A stretch of 64,000 bases of DNA from Spirochaetia bacterium (GTDB lineage Bacteria > Spirochaetota > Spirochaetia > CADAEX01). Below the pieces are notes generated by a model. The model worked only from the letters and a program-made list of their open reading frames with translations. It was not told where the DNA came from and searched no databases. How positions within the stretch are numbered: the stretch's first letter is position 1; each line of letters starts with the position of its first letter. Of the stretch, positions 10,576 to 20,785 are shown piece by piece. The stretch is taken from assembly GCA_963662265.2 (NCBI GenBank), contig CAXXHA010000011.1, positions 1 through 64,000 of the forward strand, in the 5' to 3' direction. The position numbers and the translations under genes were made by a program.

Positions 10576-10718
10576 TACAGAAATAAATAAATCTGAATAT
10601 TATTTAATTGAATACATTTTCAACATGAAATGTATGTCGCATATTTTAAAAAAAATTATGCAGTTAATTTACTGCAATAATACAGTATTAAGGTATATAA
10701 AATTAAAAAGATCAGCGA

Positions 10719-11774
10719 ATGAGAAAAAAAAGAAAAAAAATAGGCCTAATTTTTATATTACTGGTTTATATACTTGTTTCTCCTGAAAGAGAAGGCAGGA
10801 TTTTCAGGATTATCCCGCAGTGGATTATAAACCGGAATGACAGTGTTTCAGAAGCTTCAAAGGACAGCCGGGTAATACCTTTCAGAATGGGGAATATCTT
10901 CGGATATTTCAGCAAAGAGGGTCAGCTTACATACAAGGATACTGTTTTTTACGGCGTGGCGCAGAACGATGAAAAATATATTAATTATTCAAGCATAACA
11001 GATCAGATTGTTATCAATGACAGCCGCGGCGAATTCCTCAATACTGTTTCTACCAACGGGTATCCGTGGTTCAGGGATGACAGGTTATTTGTAGTTTCCA
11101 CCAACAGAAAAAAAATTTCTGAAATATCACTTGATGGTGAACAGCTCTGGTCGGATGAGAATCTTTCTGAAATCACATCTCTTGATTCAAACAGCAGCAG
11201 TGTAGTTGCAGGTTATGTAAACGGGGATGTAATGACAGTGAACCAGGATTACAAAATTGACAGGCTTTTCAAGCCGGATCTGAGCAGGATAAACACTGTT
11301 TACGGTACCGGAATATCTGACAATTCTGAATATATAGCTGTAATCTCAGGTATTGAACCTCAGTATATGCTTCTTTTCAGGAAAAATCATGATAAATATA
11401 CTAAAATATTCAGCTACCAGTTTGTCAATAATTTAAGATATTCAAGGCTTATTGATTTTACAGATGACAATAAATATCTTTATTTCGGAAGCAACAAAAC
11501 ATTTTACTGTTACAATATTGAAAAGAGAAATCTTTATAAAATTCCTTCAGCTGAAAAACTGATTAAAGTATCATATATTCGTGACAGGGATATTTTCTGC
11601 ATTCTGTCCAGCGACAGCGGCGATGTCTACAGAACAGTTATTGCCTATTCCGACGGCAGGATAATTTATGACAACAGTTTTTCAGCTGAAAACATATATA
11701 TGAAAAATGATTCTGATTATATTTATATCGGAGTCAATGATAAAATATATTCAGTTAAAATCGGTATGGAATAA
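10719..11774 (+). CDS. Membrane-anchored beta-propeller-like hypothetical protein
   Basis: Basic N-terminus plus TM segment; beta-rich repeats. Confidence 0.7.
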   Translation: MRKKRKKIGLIFILLVYILVSPEREGRIFRIIPQWIINRNDSVSEASKDSRVIPFRMGNIFGYFSKEGQLTYKDTVFYGVAQNDEKYINYSSITDQIVINDSRGEFLNTVSTNGYPWFRDDRLFVVSTNRKKISEISLDGEQLWSDENLSEITSLDSNSSSVVAGYVNGDVMTVNQDYKIDRLFKPDLSRINTVYGTGISDNSEYIAVISGIEPQYMLLFRKNHDKYTKIFSYQFVNNLRYSRLIDFTDDNKYLYFGSNKTFYCYNIEKRNLYKIPSAEKLIKVSYIRDRDIFCILSSDSGDVYRTVIAYSDGRIIYDNSFSAENIYMKNDSDYIYIGVNDKIYSVKIGME

Positions 11775-11786
11775 CATGGTGATTGT

Positions 11787-12668
11787 ATGAAAAAAATATT
11801 ATTTCCCCTGATTATTTTTCTTGTTGTAAATTTATCTGTTTTTTCCCTGCAGTGGCCTGTTGAAAACATGATTGTAACTTCAACTTTTGCAGAGAAGCGG
11901 GGTGATCATTATCACAGCGGTATCGATATAGGCGGAGGAGAACAGGATGTTGTTGCTGTTTCAGACGGCCGGGTTGTCTTTATATTTGAAGAAGATTCAC
12001 CGCTGTCTGATATCCCCTGCGGCATGGGAAGTTTTATTGTTATTGAGCATGAAAGGTCTCTGAAGACAACCTATTCACATCTGAAAAAAGGTTCAGTAAT
12101 TAAAAACAGGGAAAATGTTGCAAAAGGCGAGAAGATAGGTGTAATCGGTGATACAGGGGCATCACGCGGCAGTCAGCTGCATTTTGAAGTTGTTGACGGT
12201 GAACTGAACCAGATAGTGAATCCGCTGAAGCTGCTGTCTGAAGGAAATGATACTACAAAACCGATTATAAAGAAAATTGCATTAAACAGCGCAGACAAAT
12301 CTGTTCAGAAGGTTCTTTCAAGAAGAGAGCGTGTTAAAACAGGCAAATATATGTTAACTGCGGAAGTTTATGATGTCTGCGGGGATGTCGATTATTTCTG
12401 TCCGACAGCGCCCTACAGTATTTCTGTATATCTCAACGGAGAACAGACCCTTGAAATCAAATATGATACACTTGTCAGGGAGGGGGGAGCTGTTGTTCTT
12501 GAAGGCAATTCCGCTTCTGTGGATTCGTTCTATACAGGAGAAGGTGACTGGACAGTTAATATCGGGGAAATTAACCTGATACCAGGCACAATACGGCTTG
12601 AGATATCGGTAAAGGATTTTTCCGGAAATGAAACAACCAGAGACAGGCTTCTTACTGTTTACAAGTAA
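11787..12668 (+). CDS. M23-family peptidase, secreted
   Basis: Signal peptide; HSGID, YSHL, GDTGASRGSQLHFEV. Confidence 0.88.
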   Translation: MKKILFPLIIFLVVNLSVFSLQWPVENMIVTSTFAEKRGDHYHSGIDIGGGEQDVVAVSDGRVVFIFEEDSPLSDIPCGMGSFIVIEHERSLKTTYSHLKKGSVIKNRENVAKGEKIGVIGDTGASRGSQLHFEVVDGELNQIVNPLKLLSEGNDTTKPIIKKIALNSADKSVQKVLSRRERVKTGKYMLTAEVYDVCGDVDYFCPTAPYSISVYLNGEQTLEIKYDTLVREGGAVVLEGNSASVDSFYTGEGDWTVNIGEINLIPGTIRLEISVKDFSGNETTRDRLLTVYK

Positions 12669-13508
12669 ATGAAAACTTTTTCAAAGACTCCTGGAAATGA
12701 AACTGAACTTCTGATAAATTGCCCCTGCTGCGGCTCATTACCCGGAAATCACAGGGAATTCTATACTTATCCTCTTTTTTCCTATGTTAAATGCAGAAAA
12801 TGTTCCCTGGTTTTTCAGAATCCCCAGCCGGTTTTTGATGATCTGGCAAAAAGATATGACGGTGAATATTTTGACTATGAAATATGTAACGGAGATGTAT
12901 TTCTTGATCTGATGCTTAAAGGGCTTGATGATGTTTCTTTCGACAGTCTTGATTTTTCCAGTGGAGAGAAGACTGTCCTTGATATAGGGTGCGCGACAGG
13001 GAAACTTCTCAATTATTTCAGGGAAAAAGGCTGGAGAACTTCAGGGGTTGAAATCTGCAGAGAAGCTGCAGAATACGGCAACCGCCTATATAATGTGAAT
13101 ATTTCAACAAGACCTCTTGAGGAAAACGCCTTTCCTGACAGCACTTTTTCATTTATTCATGCATCGCATCTGATTGAGCACCTGAATAATCCAGATACAT
13201 TTCTTAATGAAGTATACAGGATTCTGAAACCGGGCGGGTATCTTGCGCTTGTAACACCCAATATAGACGGGTTTCAGTCTGTTTTATTCGGAAAAAACTG
13301 GAGATCCGCGATAGCAGACCACATGTTCCTGTTTTCATGCCGAACACTGGTGAGGATGGCAGTAAAATGCGGATTTACCGCAGTCAGGAAAGCAACCTGG
13401 GGAGGGCTTGCCGCAGGTACAGCTCCCGGTTTTATTAAAAGAGCTGCCGACAGAATCGTTAAAAAAACCGGAACCGGGGATGTTGTGATAGTGCTTTTTA
13501 AAAAATAA
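12669..13508 (+). CDS. Class I SAM-dependent methyltransferase with N-terminal Zn-binding Cys pairs
   Basis: CPCC...CRKC; VLDIGCATG; HLIEHL; LKPGG. Confidence 0.9.
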   Translation: MKTFSKTPGNETELLINCPCCGSLPGNHREFYTYPLFSYVKCRKCSLVFQNPQPVFDDLAKRYDGEYFDYEICNGDVFLDLMLKGLDDVSFDSLDFSSGEKTVLDIGCATGKLLNYFREKGWRTSGVEICREAAEYGNRLYNVNISTRPLEENAFPDSTFSFIHASHLIEHLNNPDTFLNEVYRILKPGGYLALVTPNIDGFQSVLFGKNWRSAIADHMFLFSCRTLVRMAVKCGFTAVRKATWGGLAAGTAPGFIKRAADRIVKKTGTGDVVIVLFKK

Positions 13509-13679
13509 TTAAATATATACGGTTTTGAATCTTCCTTTATATATAGTTCATGCTGTAATAATTTCCATTAACTGCTCTTAAAGCATTATCCCTTAACTTA
13601 CTGCTCTTCTTTCTCACTCTTTTTTCTATTCCAGCTGCATCCTTAATATTTCCTCTTGATTCTAAATTTGCTCAATTAC

Positions 13680-13708
13680 TTGACACTATTCTTCCATTTA
13701 AATAGGAT
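13680..13708 (+). promoter_or_regulatory. Sigma-70 promoter
   Basis: TTGACA-17 nt-TAGGAT upstream of ATG 13729. Confidence 0.55.
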
Positions 13709-13728
13709 GATGTATTAACGGGGGGAAA

Positions 13729-14451
13729 ATGACGAAAGACAGACTACAATCACTGCCGCTTTCTTCTCTTAAGGAGATTGCCAAAAAAGAGGGAATTTCC
13801 GATTATCAGAACCTGCATAGAGAAAAGCTTATTGATGTTGTTATTGAGGCTCTTGAAGAAGAGCGAAATGACAGAATCACCCATAACAACATGGCTATAA
13901 GAGGGGAAGAGAAAAAATACGATATTTTCCGGGATGAAGAGATTGAGGCCCAGGATAAGAATGTATATGAAATACCATCTTCCTATAATGACACTAAAAT
14001 CGGGCTTATTCTTGTTGAACCCCAGCTTGCCTATTCATTCTGGGAGATTTCAGACAAGGACAAGGCAGCATATAATGAAACAGCAAGATCAGGAAAGCTT
14101 TTTCTGAGAGTCCATGAAATTTCATGTCTTGTCTGCGAAGAAAACAATCTTCCGGATTTTTTTGATATACCGATAGACATTGATGACAGCAGCTGGTATA
14201 TAAACCTGCCGTCATTTAATTCCAGATATTATATTGAACTGATTAATCTGATGTATGGCGAGGAGAAAAAACTTGCCAGGTCAGGCGATATAGAGAGTCC
14301 GGCAAAAACAATTCATAATATTGATGAAGATCTTCTTATGCTTACCGGTGTATATGATTTTGAAGATGATGCTGAAAATCAGGGAATACCGCAGAGAATT
14401 ATTTCGTTGCTGTCTGAAAAGTATCTGAGTAATTATGAGGATGAGGAATAA
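13729..14451 (+). CDS. DUF4912-like protein with Rho-N-terminal-like domain
   Basis: LKEIAKKEGI; IPSSYNDTKIGLILVEPQLAYSFWE; SSWYINLP; adjacent to GH57. Confidence 0.8.
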   Translation: MTKDRLQSLPLSSLKEIAKKEGISDYQNLHREKLIDVVIEALEEERNDRITHNNMAIRGEEKKYDIFRDEEIEAQDKNVYEIPSSYNDTKIGLILVEPQLAYSFWEISDKDKAAYNETARSGKLFLRVHEISCLVCEENNLPDFFDIPIDIDDSSWYINLPSFNSRYYIELINLMYGEEKKLARSGDIESPAKTIHNIDEDLLMLTGVYDFEDDAENQGIPQRIISLLSEKYLSNYEDEE

Positions 14452-14452
14452 T

Positions 14453-16051
14453 ATGCAGAATGGATATCTGTTATTTGTATTAAATGCGCATCTGCCTTTT
14501 GTAAGGCATCCGTCATATGAAAGTTTTGTTGAGGAGAGCTGGCTGAATGAGGCTGTAGCTGAAACTTATCTGCCTCTGTTAAGGGTTTTTAACCGTCTTG
14601 AAGAAGATAACATTCCTTTCAATTTAACAATCGCAATATCTCCCACTCTTGCATCAATGCTCAATGATGAGCTGCTGCAGGAGAGGTTTATAAAATATCT
14701 TGACAACAGGATTGAACTTGGTGAAAAAGAAGTTGAGAGGACCTCCTTTGACCCTGTTTTCAACAGACTGGCAAAGATGTATCTTGAAAATTACAGGACT
14801 TCACGGAAGGAATTTGTAGAGGATTACAGGTGTAATATTCTTAAACGGTTCAGAGAGCTTGAAAAGGCCGGACGAATCGTAATAATGACAACTGCCGCTA
14901 CTCACGGATTTCTCCCTTTTTACAGTGATCACCAGAATGCACTTGAAGCACAGGTTCAGACTGCTGTTATTTCCCACAGCAGAATATTCGGTAAGGAACC
15001 TTCAGGGTTCTGGCTTCCTGAACTGGGATATGCTCCCGGGATAGAGAATGTGCTTCGGTCAAATAACCTGAAGTATTTTTTCAGTTCTGTTCATTCATTC
15101 CTTTTTGCATCCCAGAAGCCTGAATATGGTGTTTATGCCCCTGCAAACTGCGGCGGAATTGCAGCATTCGGACGGGACTTGAGTACATCAAGGGCGTTGT
15201 GGTCCTATGATGAGGGATATCCCGGCGGGCGTGAATACAGGGAATTCTACCGTGATATCAGTTTTGACCTTCCTGAAGATTATCTCTCATCTATTCTCTA
15301 CGAAGGCGGGATAAGGGTTAATTCAGGCTATAAGTATTATTCAAATACTGGTAAGCCTAAAGAGGAGAAGAAGCCATACAATCCTGATGAAGCAAAAGTG
15401 AAGATTGAGGAGCATGCTGAAAACTTTATCTATAATCTCAAGAAACAGATCAAGAAAATATCTTCACAGATAGACAGGCCGCCTGTTGTTGTCTGTCCTG
15501 TTGATGCCCAGGTTTTCGGTCACTGGTGGTATGAAGGGCCGCAGTGGCTTGAAAAAGTCCTGAGGACAATCTACAGCACTGAAACCGGTGTGGAACCTGT
15601 TACTGCGGAGCAGTATCTTGAGAAATACCCGGAAAACCAGTATCTCAATCTTTCATTTTCCAGCTGGGGCAATAACGGATATGCCCGTGTCTGGCTTAAC
15701 GGTTCCAACGACTGGATCTACAGGCATATTTATTCCCTTATTGATAAAATGGCTGAACTTGTTCAGAGATTCCCTGATGAAAAAGGGCTCAAGGAAAGAG
15801 CGCTTAACCAGGCGGCACGTGAAGTTCTACTGTCGCAGTCTTCTGACTGGCCTTTTATAATGAAAACAGGAATTGCCGAGCCTTATGCAGTAAAAAGGGT
15901 AAGGGAGCATATTCATAATTTCCTTGTAATATATGATAATCTGTGCAGAAACACTGTAGATACCGAGTGGCTTACGAATATTGAAAAAAAGAACAATCTT
16001 TTTCCTGATATTGATTACAGGATATTTGCAAACCATGATTTATCTAAGTAA
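14453..16051 (+). CDS. GH57 1,4-alpha-glucan branching enzyme (DUF1957 C-terminus)
   Basis: NAHLPFVRHP, ETYLPLL, ATHGFLP, GFWLPE, DAQVFGHWWYEG, QSSDWPF. Confidence 0.92.
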   Translation: MQNGYLLFVLNAHLPFVRHPSYESFVEESWLNEAVAETYLPLLRVFNRLEEDNIPFNLTIAISPTLASMLNDELLQERFIKYLDNRIELGEKEVERTSFDPVFNRLAKMYLENYRTSRKEFVEDYRCNILKRFRELEKAGRIVIMTTAATHGFLPFYSDHQNALEAQVQTAVISHSRIFGKEPSGFWLPELGYAPGIENVLRSNNLKYFFSSVHSFLFASQKPEYGVYAPANCGGIAAFGRDLSTSRALWSYDEGYPGGREYREFYRDISFDLPEDYLSSILYEGGIRVNSGYKYYSNTGKPKEEKKPYNPDEAKVKIEEHAENFIYNLKKQIKKISSQIDRPPVVVCPVDAQVFGHWWYEGPQWLEKVLRTIYSTETGVEPVTAEQYLEKYPENQYLNLSFSSWGNNGYARVWLNGSNDWIYRHIYSLIDKMAELVQRFPDEKGLKERALNQAAREVLLSQSSDWPFIMKTGIAEPYAVKRVREHIHNFLVIYDNLCRNTVDTEWLTNIEKKNNLFPDIDYRIFANHDLSK

Positions 16052-16072
16052 TTGAATGGATTTTAATAATAT

Positions 16073-16103
16073 AAACCTGCGGTTGTATGCTGCAGGTTTT
16101 TTT
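16073..16103 (+). terminator. Intrinsic terminator
   Basis: AAACCTGCGG-loop-CTGCAGGTTT followed by T run. Confidence 0.7.
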
Positions 16104-16178
16104 ATCATTGTATATAAGCTTTGTATTGTAAAGGTTTGGGTCGGGTATTTCTCAGGATATGATTGTTTTAAAGTGGTA

Positions 16179-16430
16179 TCAGTATCGTCCCCTGACAAGG
16201 CTTGAAAGTTCATCAATGAAAAGCTGTTCAAGATAGTATGAAACAATATCCTCGTTTCTGGTTTCAGAAGTTGATTTTTTATAGACCCTGTATACTATTG
16301 TTTTTGCAGTCTCAAGCGGAAGCCTGACCGGATATCCGTTGATATCAACGAGCTGGTTTATCTGAAGACTGTGATTAATCTCCCTGCTGTCTCCTTCCGG
16401 ATAAATAATTTTATTAACACTGAATCTCAT
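16179..16430 (-). CDS. Small hypothetical protein divergent from mraZ
   Basis: MRFSVNKIIYPEGDSREI...LVDINGYPVRLPL...YYLEQL; fills the intergenic gap. Confidence 0.7.
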   Translation of the reverse strand: MRFSVNKIIYPEGDSREINHSLQINQLVDINGYPVRLPLETAKTIVYRVYKKSTSETRNEDIVSYYLEQLFIDELSSLVRGRY

Positions 16431-16532
16431 GGTCAGATAATAGCAGAAACTGTATATCGGCATATACTAAAATAATGTTAAGTAAAAAAAATAATTTAAT
16501 TGTTTTTTTCTATGTATAAATTTGAAACAGCG

Positions 16533-16603
16533 TTGACAGATGGAATTTATACTATATTATAGAAATATGTGGGAAATGGTGGGAAAAAATAGTAAAAAGT
16601 GGT
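16533..16603 (+). promoter_or_regulatory. dcw promoter with MraZ-type operator repeats
   Basis: TTGACA 16533, TATTAT 16555; GTGG at 16569, 16579 and 16599 (10-bp phase). Confidence 0.7.
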
Positions 16604-17051
16604 ATTTAAGTTGCTGAGTGGCGAATACCTGAACAATTTAGATGACAAGGGACGCATCATGATTCCATCGAGGCTGAGATCGGAGATAGAGGGGAATTCT
16701 CTGGTTCTTACCCGTGGAGTAGATAAGTGTCTCTGGCTTTTTACACTTACCGAATGGAAGAGGATCTCTGAGGAGATTATGGCTTCCACCTCTATTTTTC
16801 AGTCAAAGGCACGGATGATACAGCGAAGAATTATAGCTCCTGCACAGGAGATAGAATTTGACAAGGCAGGGAGGATTAATATTACTCCTGCACTGCGTCA
16901 GTCTGTAGAGTTAAAAAAGGAATGTGTGATTCTCGGAATCAATAACTATGTTGAGATCTGGGATGAAGCAGTTTATCAGAATTACTGGGAGGAAAATGAG
17001 GCTGATTTTCAGAATGCGGCTGAAGAGCTCGGGAAAATCGTCTCAATATAA
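16599..17051 (+). CDS. mraZ: Division/cell wall cluster repressor MraZ (start may be TTG 16611)
   Basis: LDDKGRIMIP and FDKAGRINI motifs; VEIWD. Confidence 0.95.
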   Translation: MVFKLLSGEYLNNLDDKGRIMIPSRLRSEIEGNSLVLTRGVDKCLWLFTLTEWKRISEEIMASTSIFQSKARMIQRRIIAPAQEIEFDKAGRINITPALRQSVELKKECVILGINNYVEIWDEAVYQNYWEENEADFQNAAEELGKIVSI

Positions 17052-17054
17052 TGT

Positions 17055-17996
17055 ATGGATATTGTTCACTATTCAGTGCTGCATAAAGAGGTAGTCTCAT
17101 TTTTAAAACCTGATAAACCGGGGCAGATTCTTGTTGACTGTACAACAGGCGAGGGCGGTCATACCGAACTTTTTCTTAAAACCTATCCTGATATGAAAGT
17201 GATATGTCTGGATGCAGATTCCTCTATCATGGAAATCGCAAAAAAAAGGCTTGAATGCTTCAGCAGCCAGATTACTTTTTATAACCAGTGGTTCAATCAG
17301 TTTTTCCGCAATTATCCCGATAATATAGAGAGGCCTGACAGAATTCTCTTTGATCTGGGGATATCAACATATCATTATGAAAAATCAGACAGGGGATTTT
17401 CTTTCAGGAAAGATGAAAGGCTTGATATGAGGCTTGACAGGAACCTTGAAATTTCCGCTGCAGATATTGTTAATTCCTATCCGGAAACCGAGCTTGCCAA
17501 TATTATTTATGAATACGGCGAAGAGAGGTATTCCAGGAGAATTGCTTCTGCAATTGTCAGGGCAAGGAAAGAGGAAAAATTCGAGTATGCCAGGCAGCTT
17601 GCAGATGTTATATGGAAAGCTGTACCTGCTCCCTACAGAAGGGGTAGAAACCATCCTGCGACAAAATCATTTCAGGCAATCAGAATAGTTGTCAACGGGG
17701 AACTTGCAAGGCTTGAAGAAGCTCTTGATGCTGCGCTTAGAGTCCTGAAACCGGGAGGAAGAATGGGTGTTATAAGCTTTCATTCTCTTGAAGACAGGAT
17801 AGTTAAAAGGTATTTCAAGAAAATGAGTCTTGAATGTGTGTGTCCTCCCGAAGCTGCCCAGTGTACATGCAGGGGGAAGAGGATTGTGAAAATCCTCACA
17901 AAAAAGCCTGTAGCTCCGGATGAGAACGAGGTTAAGGAAAATCTTCCATCAAGAAGTTCCAAGCTCAGAGTTGTTGAAAAGGTTAATGAATTATGA
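17055..17996 (+). CDS. rsmH: 16S rRNA m4C1402 methyltransferase
   Basis: DCTTGEGGH, DLGIS, LDMR, ISFHSLEDRIVK. Confidence 0.96.
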   Translation: MDIVHYSVLHKEVVSFLKPDKPGQILVDCTTGEGGHTELFLKTYPDMKVICLDADSSIMEIAKKRLECFSSQITFYNQWFNQFFRNYPDNIERPDRILFDLGISTYHYEKSDRGFSFRKDERLDMRLDRNLEISAADIVNSYPETELANIIYEYGEERYSRRIASAIVRARKEEKFEYARQLADVIWKAVPAPYRRGRNHPATKSFQAIRIVVNGELARLEEALDAALRVLKPGGRMGVISFHSLEDRIVKRYFKKMSLECVCPPEAAQCTCRGKRIVKILTKKPVAPDENEVKENLPSRSSKLRVVEKVNEL

Positions 17997-18292
17997 TCAG
18001 GATCAGAAAAATACTTCTTTTTTTTATAGTTTTCACTGTACCTGTCCTTCTTTTTATGAATGTAAGGCAGGGTTTTAAGTATGAAAGGCTTGCTACCGAG
18101 GTGGATGGTTTTGAACTCGAGCAGAAGGAATGGCTTGAAGAAAACAAGAGAATGCTTTCTACATATTCTGTTTTCAGCTCTCCTGCAAGGGTTCAGAAAA
18201 TTACTGAGGATAATTCAGAGCTCAGTACGGCATCGCCCGGGCAGAGTATTATCGTAAATATACAGTCAGAAAAGGAGGGGGATGTTGAATAA
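17993..18292 (+). CDS. ftsL: Cell division protein FtsL-like
   Basis: TM plus coiled coil, SSPARV; follows rsmH. Confidence 0.75.
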   Translation: MIRIRKILLFFIVFTVPVLLFMNVRQGFKYERLATEVDGFELEQKEWLEENKRMLSTYSVFSSPARVQKITEDNSELSTASPGQSIIVNIQSEKEGDVE

Positions 18293-19688
18293 GAATGAAT
18301 TCCCTCTCAGTTACAGTGAAATAATCTCTGTCCTTGAATGTGATGTTATATCTGAAGGAAAAGCTCTTGAAATTACAGGTGCAGCTATTGATTCCAGAGA
18401 AACAGAAGATGGCAATATCTTTTTTGCGCTCCATGGCGAGAGAAGCGATGGCCACCGTTTTGTTCCTGTGCTTAAGGATAAAGCATCCTGCTGTATCATT
18501 GATACGCTTGACAGCAGGATTGAGGAGGCTGCCTCTGAATGCAGCTGCATGATTTTAAAGGTTTCAGATACTCTTTCAGCTCTGCAGCTCCTTGCAAGGT
18601 ACTACAGGTCGAAATTTAACGATCTTTTTGTTATCGGTATAACAGGAAGCAGCGGCAAGACAACAACCAAGGAACTTGTCGCATCCATACTGGCTGAAAA
18701 AGCTCCTACAGTAATGAATAAGGGGAATTTAAATTCGGAAATCGGGCTCCCGCTTTCTGTTTTTTCAATAAGGGATTTTCATAAGTACGGTGTTTTTGAA
18801 ATGGGCATGAACCGGGCCGGTGAGATGGATATTCTCATTGATGTCCTGAAGCCTGAGTTCGGGATAATCACCAATATAGGTACTGCCCATATAGGCATGC
18901 TTGGCTCGAAAGAGAAGATAGCTGAAGAAAAAACAAAGCTGTTTCTTAATAACAGCAGTTTTAAGTCAGGCCTCATGTATGCAAAAGACAGTTATGCTGA
19001 AAATGTTGCTTCCCTGACTTCCAACAGGGTAAAGCTCTATGATGCAGAGCACCTTGAAGGGATAAAGTCTGTTGAGGACCGGGGTGTAAGAGGCAGCATA
19101 TTTCATTTTGAAGAAGGTGATATCTGTTTGAGTCTCATAGGACCCTACAATGTCCAGAATGCAGCAGCAGCAGTTAAAACTGCACGCCAGCTTGGAATTG
19201 ATTTTAACTGTATTAAAAAGGGAATTGAGAATGTTTCAGCTCTTTTCGGAAGAGGGGAAGTTTATGAAGGGGATGTTACTGTAATCAGTGAGTGTTATAA
19301 CTCCAATAAGGAAGCAGTTGTTTCTGCTCTTGATTTTCTGAAACAGCTTGACTGGAAAGGGAGGAAAGCTGTGCTGGTCGGTTCAGTTCTTGAGCTTGGC
19401 AATCAGTCAGAAGAAATTCATTCCGAAATAGGGAAGTATATAGCTTCTTCATCTCTTGATGCAGCATTCTTCTTCGGGGAAGAGGCGGAAGCTGCCTACA
19501 GCACAGCTGACAGTTTTGAAAGTCCTCTCAAACTTTTTTATTCTTCAGACAGCAGCATTATGAGAAATAAACTTGTTGAATATCTTGATACGGGAGATCT
19601 TATTCTTTTTAAAGGTTCAAGAGGGATGGCTCTGGAGCAGTTTCTTGAACCTGTGCTTAATATAACCAGGGGGGGGGATAATGCTTAA
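18282..19688 (+). CDS. murF: UDP-MurNAc-tripeptide--D-Ala-D-Ala ligase
   Basis: ITGSSGKTTTKE, NSEIGLP, EMGM, KGSRGM. Confidence 0.95.
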   Translation: MLNKNEFPLSYSEIISVLECDVISEGKALEITGAAIDSRETEDGNIFFALHGERSDGHRFVPVLKDKASCCIIDTLDSRIEEAASECSCMILKVSDTLSALQLLARYYRSKFNDLFVIGITGSSGKTTTKELVASILAEKAPTVMNKGNLNSEIGLPLSVFSIRDFHKYGVFEMGMNRAGEMDILIDVLKPEFGIITNIGTAHIGMLGSKEKIAEEKTKLFLNNSSFKSGLMYAKDSYAENVASLTSNRVKLYDAEHLEGIKSVEDRGVRGSIFHFEEGDICLSLIGPYNVQNAAAAVKTARQLGIDFNCIKKGIENVSALFGRGEVYEGDVTVISECYNSNKEAVVSALDFLKQLDWKGRKAVLVGSVLELGNQSEEIHSEIGKYIASSSLDAAFFFGEEAEAAYSTADSFESPLKLFYSSDSSIMRNKLVEYLDTGDLILFKGSRGMALEQFLEPVLNITRGGDNA

Positions 19689-20760
19689 GGAACTGTTTTT
19701 ACCGCTTATAAACAAGATAACTTTCTTTAATATTTTTCAATACATAACTTTCAGGGCTTCCTATGCCGCGGTAACAGCTCTTTTTATATCACTTTTCCTC
19801 GGTCCCAAGCTGATAGTGTGGCTTAAAAAGGAAAAACTCGGGCAGGAGATAAGGGAAGACGGGCCTGAGACACATCAGGTTAAGTCAGGTACCCCCACAA
19901 TGGGCGGGATTCTGATAATTTTTTCAATAGTAGTGTCTGTATTCCTGTGGCAGGATATCAGAAATCTTTTTACCTGGGTATCGCTCTTTTCAGTAATAGG
20001 ATTCGGTGCAATAGGTTTTATAGATGATTATCTTAAAGTCTACAAGAAGAACAGCGCCGGTCTCCAGGCAAAATTCAAATTCATTGCCCAGATCCTCCTT
20101 TCCACAGTTATTGTAACTTTTATCTATGTGAACAGGACAGATACTTCAACACTTCTGTATATACCTTTCTTCAAGTACCCTGTTATTGATCTTTCTTTTT
20201 TCTATATACCGTTCGGCGTACTTCTCCTTGTAGGTACTTCCAATGCTGTAAATCTTACAGATGGTCTTGACGGTCTTGCGATAGGGCTTGTTCTCATGAC
20301 AGGAATTGCATTTGCAATTCTTACATATCTTTCAGGAAGAGCTGACTATGCAGAATACCTGCAGATTCCATATATTCAGGGGAGCGGCGAGCTTACTATA
20401 CTGAGCCTCGCTATAGTCGGCGCCTCGGTGGGATTTCTCTGGTTCAACTGTCACCCTGCAGAAATAATGATGGGTGATACAGGGAGCCTTTCGCTAGGCG
20501 GACTTATCGGTGTACTTGCTCTTCTTATTAAAAAAGAGATACTGCTGATTTTTGTCGGAGGGGTGTTTGTTCTTGAAGCTCTCTCTGTGATTATTCAGGT
20601 TGTATCATACAAGACAAGGGGCAAGAGGGTCTTCAAGATGGCGCCTCTTCATCATCACTATGAACTCAACGGGTGGAACGAGACAAAGGTTGTTACCCGT
20701 TTCTGGATACTCGGAGGACTTTTTGTGATTTTGAGTCTTTCGACACTTAAAATACAGTAG
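19681..20760 (+). CDS. mraY: Phospho-MurNAc-pentapeptide transferase
   Basis: TPTMGG, NAVNLTDGLDGL, MGDTGS, MAPLHHHYE. Confidence 0.97.
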   Translation: MLKELFLPLINKITFFNIFQYITFRASYAAVTALFISLFLGPKLIVWLKKEKLGQEIREDGPETHQVKSGTPTMGGILIIFSIVVSVFLWQDIRNLFTWVSLFSVIGFGAIGFIDDYLKVYKKNSAGLQAKFKFIAQILLSTVIVTFIYVNRTDTSTLLYIPFFKYPVIDLSFFYIPFGVLLLVGTSNAVNLTDGLDGLAIGLVLMTGIAFAILTYLSGRADYAEYLQIPYIQGSGELTILSLAIVGASVGFLWFNCHPAEIMMGDTGSLSLGGLIGVLALLIKKEILLIFVGGVFVLEALSVIIQVVSYKTRGKRVFKMAPLHHHYELNGWNETKVVTRFWILGGLFVILSLSTLKIQ

Positions 20761-20785
20761 GAATAAGGCAGGATAAGGTTTAAAC

